Shown here in pieces: positions 21,001 to 30,166 of a stretch of DNA of 64,000 nucleotides. This stretch comes from an uncultured Gemmatimonadales bacterium (lineage in GTDB: Bacteria > Gemmatimonadota > Gemmatimonadetes > Gemmatimonadales > GWC2-71-9): positions 128,001-192,000 of the forward strand of contig CAVYSW010000003.1 of NCBI GenBank assembly GCA_963771275.1, written 5' to 3'. The position numbers and the translations under genes were made by a program. The first letter of the stretch is position 1, and the number at the start of each line of letters is the position of its first letter. The notes beneath the pieces were generated by a model. That model was not told where the DNA came from and did not search any database. It saw nothing but the letters and a program-made list of their open reading frames with translations.

Positions 21001-21322
21001 CGCCCATGGCCAGCTCCAGGGCCTCGGGGCGCACTGGGAGCTGTGGATGCTCGCGCAGGGCGGCATGACGCCGCTCGAGGCGCTGCGCGCCGCCACCCGC
21101 GCGGGCGCCGACTACCTCGGCCTGGGCGACGACCTCGGCTCGCTCGAGAACGGGAAGCTCGCCGACCTCGTGGTGCTCGACGGGAACCCGCTTGACGACA
21201 TTCACCAGTCCGACCACATCGCCATGGTGATGAAGAACGGCACCCTGTACGACGCCAACCTCAAGGTGCTGTGGCCCGATGAGCCGCTGCTGGGGACGCG
21301 ACGCGGACCCGGCCGACGCTGA
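18038..21322 (+). CDS. Exported amidohydrolase with N-terminal PD40/TolB-like propellers
   Basis: Repeated SPDG units; PGLIDVHAH, GAHGQLQGLG.HWE, GKLADLVVLD.NP. Confidence 0.88.
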   Translation: MPTRHLGRNGCAHFLPALPLLVLPLLPLLPLRPLQAQDAPKPATWNIEDPHGPADTIRFQTDEGTWMDLDVSPDGQWIVFDLLGDLYRVPIAGGHAQLLAGGRAYEQLPRYSPDGRTIVYVSDRSGMDNLWLMDADGGRPRPLTTLDDSFPTNPVWLPGGEYVVAKRHVRDTRSLGGGELWLFQAHGGTGIKLKDKLSFTSDVNEPYPSRDGRWIYYSWTGPFDYNKNPEAGIFQISRIDRVTGDVEPVTQAPGGAVRPTVSPDGRSLAFIRRVGLKTVLFVRDLETGSERPVFDGLDHDQMETWTVHGAYPSYQWTPDGASIVITFGGKLARVNVASGAATPVPFTADVEQVVTRALHFRYRIADDEVRARMIRWPVLSPDGATLVFQAVGALWEMAYPGGAPTRITADSAFEFAPSYSADGRFLAYVTWDDSAGGHVWKIPTAGRNRRPIRLTTVPNQYANPAFSPDGRWLAVVMGSGAANRGRDLAAEPFLRIGVLSADGGPVREVLRTENRGSGRRMPRVWWNADGTRLLIQEGRDGKSVLSSLQPDGADLRILAVNRRAEEMVPSPDGRWLAFKELHNVYVAPLPAAGAPVTIEARHAGVRVVQLSNYGGDWIAWRPDSRALTWVLGPAFYEQTIAAAYDSTPLPADTVAGADWMRGNPRVGARITEIVLSVPQARPRGAIVLRGARVITMRGNEVVEHADLVVEGSRIARICPSPCANIPLTARVVPVPGKTIIPGLIDVHAHMGYQALDITPQQFWPYRANLAYGVTTTHDPSASTQEVYAQAELVEAGRTVGPRIYSTGFILYGAENPDKAVVASLADARAHLRRHAAVGGFSVKSYNQLRRDSRQWIIEAAREEHMLVVPEGGSMLQQNITMILDGHTGIEHAIPVAPLYKDVVTLFGRSKTGYTPTLIVGYGGVWGENYWYQHADVFADARLRQFVPGDWLDARARRRMLVPEDEFYHIALAKSAHDVLEAGGSVQLGAHGQLQGLGAHWELWMLAQGGMTPLEALRAATRAGADYLGLGDDLGSLENGKLADLVVLDGNPLDDIHQSDHIAMVMKNGTLYDANLKVLWPDEPLLGTRRGPGRR

Positions 21323-21323
21323 C

Positions 21324-21360
21324 GCCGGGACGACCCGTCGCTTGACGGGGCACGTCCGGC
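21324..21360 (+). terminator. GC hairpin after the amidohydrolase stop
   Basis: gccgg..cccgtc gctt gacggg..ccggc; no U-tract. Confidence 0.35.
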
Positions 21361-21375
21361 AAGAGAGGCTACGGC

Positions 21376-21744
21376 ATGCGAGGATTCGTCGCGCGGGTCC
21401 TGATCGCGGCGTTCGGCCTGTGGATTGCCGACTTGCTGCTCGCCGGCGTACGGTTCGACGGTGCAGGCTCGCTGTTCCTGGCTGCCTTGCTCCTGGGGCT
21501 GGTCAACGCGATCGTGCGCCCCATCGTCGTGCTCCTCACGCTGCCCATCACCTTGGTATCGCTCGGGCTCTTCATGTTCGTGATCAACGGTGCGATGCTG
21601 CTGCTCGTCGCCCGGTTCCTCGACGGGTTTCACCTCGAGGGACTGTGGACCGCAATCATCGCCTCGATCATCGTGGGGCTGACGGGCTGGGCGGCGAGTG
21701 CTTTCATCGGGAATCGCGGTCGGATCGAGGTGATCCGGCGTTAG
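21376..21744 (+). CDS. YvlD/DUF360 4-TM membrane protein ('phage holin family')
   Basis: LLGLVNAIVRPI..LLTLPITL.SLGLF.FVING. Confidence 0.85.
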   Translation: MRGFVARVLIAAFGLWIADLLLAGVRFDGAGSLFLAALLLGLVNAIVRPIVVLLTLPITLVSLGLFMFVINGAMLLLVARFLDGFHLEGLWTAIIASIIVGLTGWAASAFIGNRGRIEVIRR

Positions 21745-21836
21745 GGAGAGGGTGGCGCGGCGAAGAGACAGCAGCGGGGCAGACGGGGAGGTGAGAAGCT
21801 CGTCCCTGCCCCTCTCCCCCGCTGCCCCTCGTTACG

Positions 21837-24227
21837 CTACTTCGTTTCCTTCAGGTAACGGTCAAACCACTCGATCATTCTGGCTACCACGTCCATCACG
21901 CTCTCGCGCGCCGCGTACCCATGCGCCTCGAGCGGCAGCTGCACGTACTCCACCGTGCCCCCCAAGCCCTTGAGCGCGGCGAACATCCGCTCGGACTGGA
22001 TGGGGAACGTCCCCGAGTTATTGTCCGCCATCCCGTGGATCAGCAGGATCGGCTCGTTGATGCTATCGGCGTAGGTGAACGGCATCATGCGGAGGTAAAC
22101 GGCCCGCGCCTCCCAGAACGTGCGCTGCTCGTTCTGGAAGCCGAACGGCGTGAGCGTGCGGTTGTAGGCGCCGCTCCGGGCTACGCCGGCCTTGAACAGG
22201 TCCGAATGCGCCAGCAGGTTGGCCGTCGCGAACGCCCCGTAGCTGTGGCCGCCTACCCCGAAGCGCCCGCTGGCGATGCCGCGCTCCACCAGGTAGTCGA
22301 CCGCCGCCTTGGCCCCGGCAACCGTCTGCTCCACGTAGCTGTTGTTGGCGGTGTCGCCGCCCACCACGGGGAGCGCGGGGTTGTCCAACACCGCGTATCC
22401 CTGCGTGAGCAGGAGCAGGTGCGACGCGCCGCTCGGCAGGACGAACCGGTTGGGACTGCCGCGCACCTGCCCCGCCGCATCGGCTGAAGCGAACTCCGAC
22501 GGGTAGATCCAGAAGATCACGGGGACTTTCTGGCCGTCCTGGTAGCCCGTCGGATAGTAGAGCGTCCCCGACAGCTGCACGCCGTCCGCCCTGGTGTACG
22601 TGACCAGCTCGCGCCGCACCGTCGCGAGCTCGGGCGCCGGGTTCTCGAGCGCCGTCACGGGAACCGGGTCGGCCGTGGTGCGCAGGTCCCGGACGAAGTA
22701 GTTGGGCGGCGCCGTGCGGCTTTCCCGCCGGGTCACGATCCGGCGTCCGCGGGGGTCCAGCAGCGCGACCACCGACTCGTACACATCCGGCTCCGACTGC
22801 CACAGGCGCTCGCTCCGGCGACTCTCCAGATTGAGCCGGTCGAGGAACGGCCGTTCTCCCGTCGGGGACGCGCCGTTGCCGCGCAGGTAGATCCACTTGC
22901 CGTCGGGGCTCTCGAGCAGCACGCCGCGGCCCGTGGAGTCGACGGTCAGCAGCGGCGCGCCGGGATCGCCGTAGGCATCCTCCACGCTGCGGTCGACAAT
23001 GATCCGCCAGCCCGCCGCCGGGGCGTGGGTGTCGAACTTCCAGGTGCGGGTCTGCCGGCTCTTGCGGTCGAGCTCGCTCACCAGCGCCACGCCGTTCCGC
23101 CCCCACAGCGTGCCGCGGTAGCGGAAGCTCAGGCGCCCCAGTTCGACCGGCGCCGTGAACGGCGCGGCGAGCGACACCAGCCGGTCGCGCACCGTTGCGG
23201 GCCGGCGGTTGTCGCCGCCGTCCAGCGCCTCGACGTAGACCACGGTGGCCTCCTCACCGGGGCGCCACTCGGCGTCCCGCGGCCCCGTGCGGACGCCGTC
23301 GACCGGGACGTTTTCGGCCAGCGGGATCGTCGCCACGGTGACCACGCGCTCCCCACCCAGTGTCCAGATTTCGAGCTCCTGCGGAAACGCGGTGACGGGC
23401 AGCTGGTACGAGTACGGCCGGGTCACGCGGGCAACGAGCAGGAACTTGCCGTCGGGCGAGGGGTCGGCCTGGAGCAGCAGCGCCGGCGCGCCCACCGGCG
23501 TCACGGCCCCCGACGCCGCGTCCACCAACGCCAGCTGGCTCGTGGCGTAATCGTCAAACAGTCGCTCGTCCCGCGGCGACGCGAGCAGGTCCTGGAATGT
23601 CGGGACCGGCGCCGCGCGGCCTGCGGCCCGCTGCACGATCGGCCCCGCCGGCACCTCCTCCTCCGGTGGGGGCGCCCCTCGGGCGGCGGGAATCACATGG
23701 CACAACAGCCGGGTCCAATCCGGCATCCACTGGCACGCGCGGTCCAGCGTGCCGTTCAGCACCGGGCCGGTGACCGCCCGGGCCGTGCGGGCCGCGACGT
23801 CGGCGATCCACAGCTCCGTCCCCTGATCCGTGGCGTTCGTGAACGCGATCCGGTTGCCGTCCCGGGCCCAGGTGACCTCGCCCAGCCGGGCGCCGGCGGG
23901 AGTGGGCACCGCCCAGGTTTCGCCCGTGGAGTCCTGGCGGACCGTGAGGCGGGTGATGTCGCGCGTGCTGAATCGCCCGTTGGTGCGCGGGTTGAGGCGG
24001 AGGCCGGCGAGCCGCAACATCGGCTGCGCGAGATCGGCGATCGCCGGCATTGGTTTGAGCTCGGCCAGCAGCGCGGCACGCCCCGAGGGCGAGGGGAGCA
24101 GCAACGGCAGCCGCGGGGCGTCGAGCACGCGCCGGACGATCTCGGGCGGCGTGCGGTACGGCTCCTGGGCAGCGGCACCGGCCGCCAGCAGCGGCCACGC
24201 GAGAAGGAGGACAGGCCGACGGATCAT
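21837..24227 (-). CDS. Exported S9 family (prolyl oligopeptidase-like) peptidase
   Basis: GGHSYGA nucleophile elbow, LLIHG.ADNN, E.HGY; signal peptide. Confidence 0.9.
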   Translation of the reverse strand: MIRRPVLLLAWPLLAAGAAAQEPYRTPPEIVRRVLDAPRLPLLLPSPSGRAALLAELKPMPAIADLAQPMLRLAGLRLNPRTNGRFSTRDITRLTVRQDSTGETWAVPTPAGARLGEVTWARDGNRIAFTNATDQGTELWIADVAARTARAVTGPVLNGTLDRACQWMPDWTRLLCHVIPAARGAPPPEEEVPAGPIVQRAAGRAAPVPTFQDLLASPRDERLFDDYATSQLALVDAASGAVTPVGAPALLLQADPSPDGKFLLVARVTRPYSYQLPVTAFPQELEIWTLGGERVVTVATIPLAENVPVDGVRTGPRDAEWRPGEEATVVYVEALDGGDNRRPATVRDRLVSLAAPFTAPVELGRLSFRYRGTLWGRNGVALVSELDRKSRQTRTWKFDTHAPAAGWRIIVDRSVEDAYGDPGAPLLTVDSTGRGVLLESPDGKWIYLRGNGASPTGERPFLDRLNLESRRSERLWQSEPDVYESVVALLDPRGRRIVTRRESRTAPPNYFVRDLRTTADPVPVTALENPAPELATVRRELVTYTRADGVQLSGTLYYPTGYQDGQKVPVIFWIYPSEFASADAAGQVRGSPNRFVLPSGASHLLLLTQGYAVLDNPALPVVGGDTANNSYVEQTVAGAKAAVDYLVERGIASGRFGVGGHSYGAFATANLLAHSDLFKAGVARSGAYNRTLTPFGFQNEQRTFWEARAVYLRMMPFTYADSINEPILLIHGMADNNSGTFPIQSERMFAALKGLGGTVEYVQLPLEAHGYAARESVMDVVARMIEWFDRYLKETK

Positions 24228-24326
24228 CGTTCGGGCTCCTGGGAGGGCAGAAAGAACCTACGCGTCGGGAACGATGGCGAGAAGTGACGACCGAGGCTAC
24301 CCCGGCCGGTACTATATTGTGCGGCG

Positions 24327-26318
24327 ATGCCTGCGACGACGCTGCTCCGCGACCTGGTCGTGCTGGTCGGCATCGCGATCCCCGTGGTCGCGCTCGCCCA
24401 CCGACTCCGCGTGCCGAGCATCGTGGGGTTCCTGGTCGCCGGCATCGTGATCGGCCCCCACGCGCTCGGGCTGGTGCGCGACCTCGGCTCGGTGAACGCC
24501 CTGGCCGACATGGGGATCGTCCTCCTGCTCTTCGCCATCGGGCTCGAGCTCTCGCTCGACCGGGTGATGCGCCTGGGCCGGGTCCTGCTGCAGGGAGGAT
24601 CCCTTCAGGTGGGCGGCACCATCGCCGCCGTCGCGACCCTGGCGATGGCCCTCGGCGCGGGAGTTCCCCGTGCCCTGGTCTACGGGGCCCTCGCCGCCAT
24701 GTCGTCCACCGCCATCCTCCTCAAGGTGTACGCCGACCGCGGTGCGCTCGACAGTCCCGACGCCCGCATCGTCATCCCCATCTCGCTGTTCCAGGACCTG
24801 TGCATCATCCCGTTCGTCCTGCTGGTCGGACTGGCTGGAGGCAGTGTCGCCGGTGGGGCGTGGCAGGCCGCGCTCCGGATCGGGGTTAGCGTGGCGGTTT
24901 TGGCGGCGCTCGTCCTGGGGGGACGAGTCGCCGTCCCGTGGGTGCTCGCGCGGGTGGCCCGCCTGCGGAGCCGCGAGCTCTTCACCCTGAGCATCGTGTT
25001 TCTGGGTGCCGCCGCCGCGTTCGTGACCCAGAGCGTGGGCCTGTCCCTGGCGCTCGGCGGCTTCATCGCCGGCCTGGTCATCTCCGAGTCCGAGTACGGC
25101 CTCCAGGCGCTGTCCGATGTCGTGCCGTTTCGCGACACCTTGACGGGGATCTTCTTCGCGTCGGTCGGGATGCTGCTCGACCCGCGACTTGTCGCCGCGC
25201 AGCCCGTGCTGGTATTCGGGGCCGCGGCGGGTCTCCTGCTCCTCAAGGCCACCGTGGCGACGGGCGCCGCGCTCTCGCTGCGCCGCCCGCTCCGGGTCAG
25301 CATCGTCGCCGGGCTGGCGCTGGCCCCCGTCGGCGAGTTCGCGTTCGTGCTGGCCGCGATCGCGCGGCCCGTAGGGCTGCTGAGCCCGGATGCCTACCAG
25401 CTCTTCCTCGCGGCGTCGCTCCTCACGATGCTGGCGGCCCCCTTTATCATGCAGGCGGCTCCGAGCCTCGCGGCCGCGGTGGGCCGCCTCGCCCGCCAGC
25501 CGGCGGCCCCCGCCGCCGAGGTCCAGGCGGAGATCGACGCGCTGCGGGACCACGTGATCATCGTGGGCTACGGCGTCAACGGCCGTAACCTGGCCCGCGT
25601 GCTCGACGGCGCGGGCATCCCATACGTGATCCTGGAGCAGAACGGGCAGACGGTCGAGCAGGCGCGGGAAGAGCTCCAGCCGATCTTCTTCGGCGATGCC
25701 ACGCGGCCCGAGGTGCTCAAGCGGGCCGGCATTCGCCGGGCGCGAGCGCTGGTCTTCGCCATCGCCTCGCCCGCGGACGAGCTGCGCGGCGTGGCGGTCG
25801 CCCGGGGGCTCAGCGACACCGTCCACATCGTGGTGCGAACCCGCTACGTCCGCGGGATGGAAGACCTCCGCCGCGCCGGTGCCAATCAGGTAGTGCCGGA
25901 GGAGTTCGAGACCTCGCTCGAGATCTTCAGCCGCGTGCTGCGCCACTACGAGGTGCCGTCCAATCTGATCGCGCGCGAGGTGGACGCCGCCCGCGTCGAG
26001 CTGTACGGCATGGCCCTCGGCCGGGCTGCCGGCGCGTCACAGCTCGAGGCCCTGGGGCGACTCGGTCTCCACCACGCCTTCGAGATCGTCGAGGTCGAGC
26101 CCGGGGCAGCCGCCGTGGACGGCCATCCGGTCACGCTGAATCTGCGCCACGAGACGGGCGCCACCGTCGTCGCCATCGTGCGCGACGGGGTGGTGGCATC
26201 CACCCTCGACCCCGCCTTTCGCTTCCGGGCCGGCGACATCGTGCTGCTGGCGGGCGCGGACGAAGCCCTGGCGCGCGGCCGAGCCGTCTTTCTGGGACCT
26301 CCGCCCCCACCACTGTGA
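24327..26318 (+). CDS. CPA2 cation:proton antiporter, Kef-type, with TrkA-N and TrkA-C domains
   Basis: LLLFAIGLELS, SSTAI, FQDL, HVIIVGYGVNG, FGDATRPEVL. Confidence 0.9.
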   Translation: MPATTLLRDLVVLVGIAIPVVALAHRLRVPSIVGFLVAGIVIGPHALGLVRDLGSVNALADMGIVLLLFAIGLELSLDRVMRLGRVLLQGGSLQVGGTIAAVATLAMALGAGVPRALVYGALAAMSSTAILLKVYADRGALDSPDARIVIPISLFQDLCIIPFVLLVGLAGGSVAGGAWQAALRIGVSVAVLAALVLGGRVAVPWVLARVARLRSRELFTLSIVFLGAAAAFVTQSVGLSLALGGFIAGLVISESEYGLQALSDVVPFRDTLTGIFFASVGMLLDPRLVAAQPVLVFGAAAGLLLLKATVATGAALSLRRPLRVSIVAGLALAPVGEFAFVLAAIARPVGLLSPDAYQLFLAASLLTMLAAPFIMQAAPSLAAAVGRLARQPAAPAAEVQAEIDALRDHVIIVGYGVNGRNLARVLDGAGIPYVILEQNGQTVEQAREELQPIFFGDATRPEVLKRAGIRRARALVFAIASPADELRGVAVARGLSDTVHIVVRTRYVRGMEDLRRAGANQVVPEEFETSLEIFSRVLRHYEVPSNLIAREVDAARVELYGMALGRAAGASQLEALGRLGLHHAFEIVEVEPGAAAVDGHPVTLNLRHETGATVVAIVRDGVVASTLDPAFRFRAGDIVLLAGADEALARGRAVFLGPPPPPL

Positions 26319-26431
26319 CGGGCCTCACCATTGGCGCGCCCCCGGGAGCACTTCGCCCGGCCGCTCCACCCTATATTACTTAGAGAGTTGTGGCTGAACG
26401 CCCCCGTCGCCTGTTGCAGAGGAGGTATATC

Positions 26432-27463
26432 ATGCTTCGGAAGTTGCTCGTCGGGTCGGTGCTGGTCGCCATGGCGGCCGCGTGCGGCGACTCCACCGGA
26501 CCGGAGGACTTCAACGCTCCCGCTATTCAGCAGCAGGCGGATCAGGTCCTCGCGGCCTTTACGAACAACGCGGCGCTGCTCGCCCTGAGCGCGCTGACCT
26601 CCACGTCGACGCCGTTCGCCGCAGCGCGCACGGCGGTCGGCCTGCTGCCGGGCTCGCCCACCGATCCGTCGACGGCGGTGCGCCTCCAGCGTCTCGGCCA
26701 GTCGCTCCTGAGCCTCAGCTCGGCGAGCCCCATGGCGCTGTTCCCGGTCGACATCCTCGCGAAGACCTTCGTATACAATCCGGACTCGGCCAAGTACGTG
26801 GTCGATCCGGCGCGCACCGATGCCCCGACCGACGGCGTCCGCCTCGTGCTGTACGCCGTGAACCCGGTCTCGCACGTGCCGCTGGTGCCGCTGCAGGAAG
26901 TCGGCAATCTCGACCTGCACGACGTGTCCACGGCGTCCGCCGATGCGATCCGGATCGTGGCAACCGTGGGGACCGTGACCTACGTGGACTACACGGCCAG
27001 CGCGTCGGTGGGGACGACCTCCGCGACGCTGGGCGCCGCCGGCTACCTGTCCAACGGGACGGACCGGCTGGATTTTAACCTCAGCCTGGCCGTCACGCAG
27101 ACGTCGATCACGGTCGATTACCTGATGGAGGCGGGGGACAATTCGGTCCGGCTGGTCGACGTCCTCACGCAGGACAGTGAGAACGTCACGCTCACGATCT
27201 CGGACGGGAACAACACGGTGGTGTTGCACGTCAGCGGTACGACCACCGGCTGGACCGGTGACATCAAGTACAACGGCGCCGTGGCCGTCACGATCGGCGG
27301 CACCCCCGAAGCGCCGACGTTCACGCGGTGGGACGGGACCGCCCTCACCACCGAAGAGATCCAGGCCCTCGGGGCCATCGTCGGCAGCATCCTGACCGTG
27401 TTTAACCAGATGGACGTCCTCCTCGGGCCGGCCCTCATCGTGCTCGCCCTGGGGAATGTCTAG
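26432..27463 (+). CDS. Hypothetical lipoprotein
   Basis: GGAGG RBS; lipobox MAAAC followed by GDSTGP; beta-rich. Confidence 0.75.
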   Translation: MLRKLLVGSVLVAMAAACGDSTGPEDFNAPAIQQQADQVLAAFTNNAALLALSALTSTSTPFAAARTAVGLLPGSPTDPSTAVRLQRLGQSLLSLSSASPMALFPVDILAKTFVYNPDSAKYVVDPARTDAPTDGVRLVLYAVNPVSHVPLVPLQEVGNLDLHDVSTASADAIRIVATVGTVTYVDYTASASVGTTSATLGAAGYLSNGTDRLDFNLSLAVTQTSITVDYLMEAGDNSVRLVDVLTQDSENVTLTISDGNNTVVLHVSGTTTGWTGDIKYNGAVAVTIGGTPEAPTFTRWDGTALTTEEIQALGAIVGSILTVFNQMDVLLGPALIVLALGNV

Positions 27464-28265
27464 CCGCGGTCTGATCGCTGGGGTCGGCGTGCTCGCGCTC
27501 GTCACCGGGTGCGGCGCGCCGACCACCACGTACGAACCCATCTTCCTCGCCGGCCGGGCGGTCGCCCCGGTCGGCGATTCGCTGTTTGCGGCCACCTCGA
27601 CCCGGGTGGCCGCGGTGATCTTGTACGACCGCCGCGGCCGCCCGCGCGACACGCTCGGGCTGGGCGTACTCAGCAACCCGGGACGCGTGCAGGTGCTCGA
27701 TGGGAGCACGTACGTCTCCGACGTGGCACAGGGACACCCGCGGATCGCGGTGTTCGGCCCGGACGGCACGCTGCGCCGCACCATTCCCCTCGACGGCATC
27801 GCGTCACAGGCGCATCAGTTCGCGGTGCTGCCGGATGGCGGCGTCGTGATCGAGAGCCGGGACGCGCGCCTGCTCGTCCTGCAGGGCGACAGCGTGGACA
27901 CGTTCGCGCCGGTCGAGGTCGGCACACGACCGAGCCTGGTGCTCGGCGCGGATGGCGGGGTGCTGCACGCCATCCCGGACAAGACCATCACGCTGTACAA
28001 CGGGTACGGGCACATCCGGTGGCGGATCGACTGGCCGTGGCAGGAATCGGCGTTCGTGGCCGACGTCGCGCTGGACGGGCGGGGACGGATCCACTTTCTG
28101 GTCGGCGATCCGGCAACGGGCACGTTCACGGCCCAAACACTGGCGCCGGCCACCGGTGAGGTCGTGCGCTGGTCGGAGCCGACGAGCGGCAGCTCGTTCG
28201 TGGTCGATCGGCTGGGTGAGGTGATCCCGGCGCGAGACCCCTGGGGAGACTCCGCCGGACGCTAG
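27456..28265 (+). CDS. Hypothetical lipoprotein, probable beta-propeller
   Basis: Lipobox VTGC; NHL-like segments (YVSD...RIAVFGPDG). Confidence 0.7.
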   Translation: MSSRGLIAGVGVLALVTGCGAPTTTYEPIFLAGRAVAPVGDSLFAATSTRVAAVILYDRRGRPRDTLGLGVLSNPGRVQVLDGSTYVSDVAQGHPRIAVFGPDGTLRRTIPLDGIASQAHQFAVLPDGGVVIESRDARLLVLQGDSVDTFAPVEVGTRPSLVLGADGGVLHAIPDKTITLYNGYGHIRWRIDWPWQESAFVADVALDGRGRIHFLVGDPATGTFTAQTLAPATGEVVRWSEPTSGSSFVVDRLGEVIPARDPWGDSAGR

Positions 28266-28295
28266 CATCCCGGATCGGAATGACGGTAACGTATT

Positions 28296-28362
28296 CACCG
28301 CAGGAATCGCCGGGGACGCAGAGCTGCTGAGCCGTAAGGGGCTCTCTGCGTGCTCTGCGGTG
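28296..28362. repeat. 9-nt-period palindromic intergenic element
   Basis: caccgcag..acgcagag / ctctgcgt..ctgcggtg between convergent genes. Confidence 0.6.
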
Positions 28363-28364
28363 TG

Positions 28365-29450
28365 CTAGTACCGCAGGTCAGCGGCTTCGGCGAATTGCTT
28401 GAGCAGGGCCTCCTGCTCCGCGGTCAGCGTATCCGGAATCCGGACCTGGATTTCCACGTACTGATCGCCGCGCGCGCCGTTATGCTCCACTCCCTGCCCC
28501 CGGATCCGGAACCTGCGGCCAGGCTGGGTGCCTGGCGGGACCTTCAGCACGACGCGCTTGTCCTCGACGGTGCGGACGCGGACCCGGGTGCCGAAGATCG
28601 CCTGGGCGAGGTTGATCGGCACGGTACAGTGGAGGTCGTTCCCGTCCCGCCGCAGGAACCGGTCGGCCTCCACCTGCAGCGTGACGACCACGTCGCCCAC
28701 CGTCCCTCCCCCACCGCGCTGGCCCTGTCCCTTGATGCGCACGCGGTGACCGGAATCCACGCCGGGCGCCACGCTCACCATGATGCGCCGCTCGACGCCG
28801 ACCTCCCCCCGCCCGCCGCAGCGTCCGCACGGCTCGGCGGCCACGCGGCCGCGCGCGCGGCAGGCCGGGCACGGACGTTTCACCGCGAACGCGCCTTGCC
28901 CGAAGGTGATTTCGCCCCGGCCCTGGCACTCGGGGCAGATCGTCACCTTCGTCCCGGGGGCGGCCCCCGAACCGCCGCACGTGGGACAGGCTTCCGTGAC
29001 CGGCAGCGTGACCGGGATCTTGCCACCCAGCGCCGCCACCTTGAGCGGCACCGTCGCCGTGACCTCGATGGCCGGCGCCTCCTCCTCCCGTCGGCCCCGC
29101 CCGAAGATCGACGAGAACAGGTCGCCGAGTCCGCCCAACCCCTCGAAGCCGCGCGTGAAATCGAAGTCTTCGGCCCGCGGGCGGCCCTGGGGTCCGGCGC
29201 GCCGCCCGGCGCCGCCGCCCGCAAACGCTCCGTACTTCCGCATCAGATCGTACTGCCGGCGCTTCTCGCCGTCGCTCAGGACGGCGTGGGCCTCGGATAT
29301 CTCCTTGAAGCGCTCCGCCGCCGACGCGTCGTTGGGATTCGCGTCCGGATGGTATTTCTTGGCCAGACGGCGGTAGGCCTTCTTGATTTCTTCCTGCCCG
29401 GCCTTCTCCTGGACGCCGAGGATCTGATAGTAGTCCTTCGCGGGAGGCAT
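28365..29450 (-). CDS. dnaJ: Chaperone DnaJ
   Basis: [12 protein letters not shown], four CxxC zinc-finger repeats, C-terminal domain. Confidence 0.95.
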   Translation of the reverse strand: MPPAKDYYQILGVQEKAGQEEIKKAYRRLAKKYHPDANPNDASAAERFKEISEAHAVLSDGEKRRQYDLMRKYGAFAGGGAGRRAGPQGRPRAEDFDFTRGFEGLGGLGDLFSSIFGRGRREEEAPAIEVTATVPLKVAALGGKIPVTLPVTEACPTCGGSGAAPGTKVTICPECQGRGEITFGQGAFAVKRPCPACRARGRVAAEPCGRCGGRGEVGVERRIMVSVAPGVDSGHRVRIKGQGQRGGGGTVGDVVVTLQVEADRFLRRDGNDLHCTVPINLAQAIFGTRVRVRTVEDKRVVLKVPPGTQPGRRFRIRGQGVEHNGARGDQYVEIQVRIPDTLTAEQEALLKQFAEAADLRY

Positions 29451-29452
29451 GC

Positions 29453-30103
29453 TCAGGCGCCGTCGGGCCCGGCGTTGGTGTCACCGGTGTCGGCCGGCCA
29501 GACCCGCACGAGCACCCGGGCGGGGCGCAGCAGCTGGCCACCGAACCGGTACCCCACCTGCGCCACGAGGCCCACCGTGTGATCCAGCTCGGGGTGGTCC
29601 GCGGGCACCGTCCCGATGGCCTCGTGCTGATTGGGATCGAACGCCACATCGGCTTCGGTGACGCGCTCGAGGCCTGCCCCGGCGAGCACTCGGAGCAGCT
29701 TGCGCTCCACCAGCTCGACCCCGGCGATCACGTCGCTGGCCGCAGTCGCAGCGGGATCGAGGTGCGCCACGCGGCCCAGGTCGTCCACCACATCGAGCAA
29801 GGCCCCGACCAGCTCCCCCTGGGCGCGGGACCGTAGGTCGAGGCGCTCGCGCGCCGTCCGCTTGCGGAAGTTGTCGTACTCCGCCGCGAGCCGCAGGTGA
29901 CGATCGCGCAGCTCGTCCAGTTCGGCCACGAGCTGCTCGACGGCCGGCGCCTCGAGCGCCGCAAGCGGCGGCTCGGGGGCCGGCGGGGCTGGCGCCTCAG
30001 TCGGCTCGGTCGGCGTCGGCCCGGACCCCGGCTGCTCGGTCATCGTCGGGCCCGATGTCGTCTCGTCGGCTGCCACCTCGTTCGCCGGTCGCTTCTTGCG
30101 CAT
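29453..30103 (-). CDS. grpE: Nucleotide exchange factor GrpE
   Basis: [24 protein letters not shown]....LLRPARV. Confidence 0.95.
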   Translation of the reverse strand: MRKKRPANEVAADETTSGPTMTEQPGSGPTPTEPTEAPAPPAPEPPLAALEAPAVEQLVAELDELRDRHLRLAAEYDNFRKRTARERLDLRSRAQGELVGALLDVVDDLGRVAHLDPAATAASDVIAGVELVERKLLRVLAGAGLERVTEADVAFDPNQHEAIGTVPADHPELDHTVGLVAQVGYRFGGQLLRPARVLVRVWPADTGDTNAGPDGA

Positions 30104-30166
30104 GCTCCCTCGGCGTTGCGAACGGGCCGGGAGGCCCGTGCATTACAGGTTCTGCGCTACGGGCTT

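Noticed and set aside
21376..21744. Prophage implied by the 'phage holin family' gene
   Set aside because: YvlD/DUF360 is a common chromosomal gene; no phage genes nearby.
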